Shown: piece by piece, positions 6,800 through 10,158 of the stretch
How the letters are laid out: every line of letters begins with the position of its first letter
How positions within the stretch are numbered: position 1 is the stretch's first letter
DNA from: Candidatus Aenigmatarchaeota archaeon
GTDB lineage: Archaea > Aenigmatarchaeota > Aenigmatarchaeia > QMZP01
Assembly: GCA_039091855.1 (NCBI GenBank)
Contig: JAWCLA010000029.1
Location: forward strand, 1-10,158
Direction of reading: 5' to 3'
DNA: 10,158 bases
Notes under the pieces: generated by a model
Seen by the model: only the letters and a program-made list of their open reading frames with translations
Database searches by the model: none
Told to the model about the DNA's origin: nothing
Translations under genes and position numbers: made by a program

Positions 6800-6850
6800 G
6801 GATAGATTGGATAATTTCTTTTCTAGTTGAAAAAACTCTACCCTAATGGA

Positions 6851-7327
6851 TTAGTTAGTTTTTTTCTTCTTTTCCAGTATCTCCACGTAATCGGCAGCCT
6901 TCTGCAGAGCCTTTGAAAAGCCGGGCTCAGCGCCTATTATCAGGACTTCCTTACCGAGCTTTTTAACAGCCTGAACCACAGGAAGATAGTCAGCGTCCCT
7001 TGAAGCTATGGCAATGACATCTATCTTCTTGTCATAAGCTGCCTGCAACGAGGCAATAGCAACAGAAACATCCACGTCAGCGTTCTTCTCTCCTGCCAGC
7101 ATTATGGAAGGCTCGAATCCCTGGTTTGCGACAGCCTCGACAAGCTTGTCTGAAGCGAACTGGTTAAGGAAGACCTTTCCTGTTACTATCCTTCCGTATT
7201 TTTGCACGGCCTTCCTCATCTCGTCAAGGTCTATGCTGAACTCCTTCCTTATTATGTTCGGGCCGTCAACGAAAAGCGCTATGTTTTTCGTTTTCCTTCC
7301 AAACCCAAAAATGCCAATCACCTGCAC
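6851..7327 (-). CDS. NYN-domain protein, LabA/DUF88 (TIGR00288-like) family, PIN-like fold; start uncertain
   Basis: Motifs IALFVDGPN, DVDV, SRDADYLP and GAEPGFSKALQKAAD retain the acidic active-site residues. No ATG near the 5' end; candidate starts are GTG 7327, GTG 7321 and ATT 7312. Confidence 0.9.
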   Translation of the reverse strand: MQVIGIFGFGRKTKNIALFVDGPNIIRKEFSIDLDEMRKAVQKYGRIVTGKVFLNQFASDKLVEAVANQGFEPSIMLAGEKNADVDVSVAIASLQAAYDKKIDVIAIASRDADYLPVVQAVKKLGKEVLIIGAEPGFSKALQKAADYVEILEKKKKTN

Positions 7328-7365
7328 AAAGTATAAGCAGTCAGGTAGCTGAACTGCCTTCTCAT
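7318..7365 (-). CDS. Putative upstream ORF / leader peptide MRRQFSYLTAYTLCR
   Basis: ATG at 7365, 15 codons, TGA at 7320-7318 overlapping the NYN-frame GTG at 7321-7319 (GTGA). Translation is unproven. Confidence 0.3.
   Translation of the reverse strand: MRRQFSYLTAYTLCR
7335..7360 (-). promoter_or_regulatory. Stem-loop in the 5' leader of the NYN gene
   Basis: Minus strand AAGGCAG-T-TCAG-CTAC-CTGA-CTGCTT: 8 Watson-Crick pairs with a 1-nt bulge and 4-nt loop, extendable by G-U/A-U pairs. Confidence 0.5.
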
Positions 7366-7390
7366 TATTTGGAGAGGTTATTATTATACT

Positions 7391-8140
7391 TTACATCCAA
7401 AGGAAGGAGAGAAGCCAGGCAAGACCGTAAAGGAAAAATCCTGTTATGCCTTCAAGAATCCAGAGTATGAATTCACCTGCCCCTGTTACAACAGCTATGA
7501 ATGGGGATATTATCAACAGGACAGCGCCCATAACAACCAGCAAAAGAAAACCCTTTCCTGCCTTTTTAGGATTTTTAGCAAACGCGAAAACAGAGCCTGT
7601 TATAAGACCTCCTATGTGGGCAACGTGTGCTATGTTTCCGAAACCTGGCTGGTAGTATGCAACCAGGCTCTCGGCAACAGTGAACATAAGTGCTACAATT
7701 CCCAGGGGAAGAGGAAAAACGTAAAAGCTTACCTTTTCCAATGGCTTAAGAAGCATCGCGGTTCCCATAAGACTGAAAATACCTGCGGAAGCCCCAACCA
7801 CGGGAGAAGGGCTTGTCAGCAGGAAGGAGAGGCTTCCGAGAAATCCGCCCACAAAATAGATTGAAAGGAACCATTGGGCATTGGTCTCGCCCTCAACGAT
7901 CCTGCCGAAAAAATACAGACCCAGCATATTGAAAAAAAGGTGTGATGCGCTTGCGTGGAGGAACATAGACGTTACCCATCTCCAAAGCTGGAATGCGGTT
8001 GCCTGCGAGAGCGAGTATCTCTCGAAAGTCCCCTCCCTTACCTGCTCCGGCGCGGAGAAAACAAGGAGAAACACAATAACATTAATGGCTATAAGAAACA
8101 GCGTCATTCTCTGTTCAGTTTGGGATTTGCCTTTTGCCAT
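7391..8140 (-). CDS. Rhomboid-family intramembrane serine protease
   Basis: WRWVTSMFLH, HLFFNM, catalytic GASAG serine and AHVAHIGG histidine. Extra hydrophobic C-terminal extension. Confidence 0.93.
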   Translation of the reverse strand: MAKGKSQTEQRMTLFLIAINVIVFLLVFSAPEQVREGTFERYSLSQATAFQLWRWVTSMFLHASASHLFFNMLGLYFFGRIVEGETNAQWFLSIYFVGGFLGSLSFLLTSPSPVVGASAGIFSLMGTAMLLKPLEKVSFYVFPLPLGIVALMFTVAESLVAYYQPGFGNIAHVAHIGGLITGSVFAFAKNPKKAGKGFLLLVVMGAVLLIISPFIAVVTGAGEFILWILEGITGFFLYGLAWLLSFLWM

Positions 8141-8173
8141 AGATTTAATTATTTCCTTTACAAATAAAATAGT
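8141..8173. promoter_or_regulatory. Overlapping divergent promoters (rhomboid / acdB)
   Basis: 33-bp AT-rich gap. TTTAATTA at 8144-8151 is ~23 nt before ATG 8174. TTTTAT on the minus strand (8164-8169) is ~24 nt before 8140. Confidence 0.45.
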
Positions 8174-8833
8174 ATGAAAAAGCTACCAGACAGCGAGGCG
8201 CTAAGACTTATCAAGAAATACAAAATACCTTTTGCAGAAACGCTTATCGCTAAGAACGAGAGGCAGGCAGCCCTTTACGCAAGGAGGATAGGATATCCCG
8301 TGTGCCTGAAAATATCCTCGCCTGACATAATCCACAAGTTCGATTCAGGAGCGATCGCTCTCGGGATAATGGATGAAAAGTCCCTGGTGGAAGGATTCAG
8401 GAAGGTTGTTTCCTCCGCAAAAAGGAAAAACCCCAAGACAAGGATAGACGGCGTTTTGGTGCAGAAATTCGTGCCAAATGGAAATGCGACAGAGCTTGTT
8501 GTCGGCGCAAAGGTTGACCCTCAGTTCGGGCCTGTCGTGATGTTTGGCTTGGGAGGGATTTTTGTGGAGGTTATGAAGGACGTTTCCTTCCGCCTTGCCC
8601 CAATAGAAAGAAAGGACGCGCAGGAGATGATAAGGGAGATAAAGGGTTACAAAATCCTTCAGGGCGCAAGGGGAAGAAAGCCAGCAAACCTTAAGGCGAT
8701 AGAGGGCATTCTCCTTTCTGTCTCAAAAATGATATGGGCAAACCAGAAGAAAATAAGGGAGCTCGACCTCAACCCTGTCTTTGCTGATGACAAAAAATGC
8801 ATCGCGGTTGACATAAGGGTTATGACCGATTAG
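8174..8833 (+). CDS. acdB: ADP-forming acetate/acyl-CoA ligase beta subunit (ATP-grasp)
   Basis: Motifs IGYPVCLKISSPDIIHK, GVLVQ, ELVVG...DPQFGPVVMFGLGGIFVEVMKDVSFR and ELDLNP; 219 aa, stand-alone. Confidence 0.9.
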   Translation: MKKLPDSEALRLIKKYKIPFAETLIAKNERQAALYARRIGYPVCLKISSPDIIHKFDSGAIALGIMDEKSLVEGFRKVVSSAKRKNPKTRIDGVLVQKFVPNGNATELVVGAKVDPQFGPVVMFGLGGIFVEVMKDVSFRLAPIERKDAQEMIREIKGYKILQGARGRKPANLKAIEGILLSVSKMIWANQKKIRELDLNPVFADDKKCIAVDIRVMTD

Positions 8834-8834
8834 T

Positions 8835-10154
8835 TTATTTCACAACACTTGCAAAAATCTCCAAACCCCTCTCAAACTCCTCTTTTTCTATAACCAGAGG
8901 TGGAACGAATCTTATTGTTGAGAAGCCGCAACTGAGGAGAAGAAGCCCCCTCTTGAAGCAGGAATTGAGGACAATTTCGGTTTCCTTTGTTGCTGGCTTT
9001 TTGGTTTTCCTGTCCTTAACGAGCTCTGCAGCGAGCATAAGACCTTTGCCCCTCACGTCTCCTATAAGGTTCTTCTCCTTTGAAATATCATTGAGGTAGT
9101 TCAAACCAAATCTTCCCAACTTTTCAGCCTTCAACCACAACCTGTTTTTCTCAATGTATTCTATTGAAGCCAAGGAAGCGGAGCAGGAAAGAGGGTTTCC
9201 GCCAAAGGTGTTGGCATGGGCACCTCTTGGCCAGGACATTATCTCCCTTCTTGCCACGCATGCACCGAGAGGGAGCCCTCCTGCTATCGCTTTCGCAAGG
9301 CAGATTATGTCTGGCTGCACCCCGAAGACCTCTGAAGCGAACATCCTTCCTGTCCTTCCGAAGCCTGTCTGCACCTCGTCCAGAATGTAAAGACAGCCTT
9401 CTTCTTTGCAGAGCTTTTGGAGTTCCCTGTGGAAACCGTCAGGCGGAACTATGTAACCTCCCTCTCCCTGTATTGGCTCTGCTATTATTCCTGCAAGCTC
9501 ATCCTTCGGGACAACCTTCCTGAGAATCTGGCTTCTCAGGTAGTTCAGGCATTCGTAATCAGGATGCTCGCATCTTTGCCTTTTTCCCATAGGGCACCTG
9601 TAACAATATGGGAATGGCGCGTAATCAACACCAGGGACAAGCGGACCGAACCTCTCCCTGTGTGTTAGCTTTGAGCTGGATAAAGTCATACTGCCGAAAG
9701 TCCTTCCGTGAAATGCTCCCAGAAACGAAACCATTCTAGGTTTCCTTGTGTACCACCTTGCCAGCTTGAAGGCACACTCAACGCTTTCTGTCCCGGAGTT
9801 CACAAAAAACACCCGCTTCTGGAAATTTCCAGGCGTTATCCTGCAAAGCCTTTCAGCAAGCTCCACTGTCAAGCCGTCATAAAAATCCGTTCCTGCTGTG
9901 TGAAGGATTTTCTCCGTCTGCCTCCTTATAGCATTCACAACATCAGGGTTTGAGTGCCCAACATTCGCGACAGCAATCCCGGAAGTGAAGTCAAGATACC
10001 TTTTTCCGTCTGAATCCCAGATGTAAACTCCTTGCCCCCTCTCTATTACAAGCGGGTAGCTTCTCGTATAGGAGGGCGAGATTACAGCCTTGTCCCTCCT
10101 TATTATTCTTTCAGAAGAGGAGAATTTTTTGGCAGCTGCCTGTTTTTTTGGCAT
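8835..10154 (-). CDS. Class III PLP-dependent aminotransferase (4-aminobutyrate / (acetyl)ornithine type)
   Basis: Motifs YLDFTSGIAV, NSGTES, FHGRT, EPIQGEGG, DEVQTGFGRTG, PLP lysine in LAKAIAGG and NTFGGNP. Start lies 4 nt from the window edge, so it is unconfirmed. Confidence 0.93.
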   Translation of the reverse strand: MPKKQAAAKKFSSSERIIRRDKAVISPSYTRSYPLVIERGQGVYIWDSDGKRYLDFTSGIAVANVGHSNPDVVNAIRRQTEKILHTAGTDFYDGLTVELAERLCRITPGNFQKRVFFVNSGTESVECAFKLARWYTRKPRMVSFLGAFHGRTFGSMTLSSSKLTHRERFGPLVPGVDYAPFPYCYRCPMGKRQRCEHPDYECLNYLRSQILRKVVPKDELAGIIAEPIQGEGGYIVPPDGFHRELQKLCKEEGCLYILDEVQTGFGRTGRMFASEVFGVQPDIICLAKAIAGGLPLGACVARREIMSWPRGAHANTFGGNPLSCSASLASIEYIEKNRLWLKAEKLGRFGLNYLNDISKEKNLIGDVRGKGLMLAAELVKDRKTKKPATKETEIVLNSCFKRGLLLLSCGFSTIRFVPPLVIEKEEFERGLEIFASVVK

Positions 10155-10158
10155 AGAT

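Noticed and set aside
6355..6805. Cys-rich ORF 6355-6726 and ORFs 6402-6599, 6596-6805 (+)
   Set aside because: The first two are largely antisense to the hydrolase and the Cys richness is a frame artefact. ORF 6596-6805 runs through AT-rich repeat sequence with no recognisable motif.
6664..6822. Protein-like minus-strand fragments (KRNYPIYPTSKLEFLGIDDFSQYNKVVFPKNVLTKLIDN; IIDDLKRSNVICEKL) as a pseudogene
   Set aside because: No start codon and no recognisable family; cannot be supported without a tBLASTn/BLASTX search, though not excluded.
6610..6850. CRISPR array or tRNA in the long spacer
   Set aside because: No regularly spaced direct repeats, no cloverleaf or T-loop motif, and GC too low.
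9545..9615. Cys cluster PYCYRCPMGKRQRCEHPDYEC in the aminotransferase as a novel metal site
   Set aside because: PYCYRC-type loops are common in class III aminotransferases; nothing here shows it is unusual.
7104..9953. Plus-strand ORFs overlapping the NYN, rhomboid and aminotransferase genes
   Set aside because: Antisense shadows with no independent coding evidence.

Overview
Gene-dense archaeal chromosomal window. AGR/ATA-rich codons, GGTGA-type SD motifs, TATA-like boxes, topoisomerase VI and tiny intergenic gaps suggest a streamlined, possibly DPANN-like genome (inference). Left to right it holds: the 5' end of a DRG GTPase (not in the ORF track), an ORFan membrane protein, top6A-top6B, rsmA/ksgA, a small 3-TM protein, a SpoIIM-family membrane protein, an orphan and apparently internally shortened HycI-type protease, a coupled pair of membrane-anchored OB-fold protein and membrane metal-dependent hydrolase, a LabA/DUF88 NYN-domain protein, a rhomboid protease, a stand-alone ADP-forming acetate-CoA ligase beta subunit and a class III aminotransferase. 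No rRNA, tRNA, CRISPR array or transposase was seen. The most unusual structure surrounds the NYN gene. Upstream lies a 15-codon uORF containing a hairpin, and its stop overlaps an in-frame GTG of the ATG-less NYN ORF. Downstream lies a ~240-bp, 26% GC spacer with three inverted-repeat pairs. Most content is housekeeping, and the novel-system ideas are hypotheses only.
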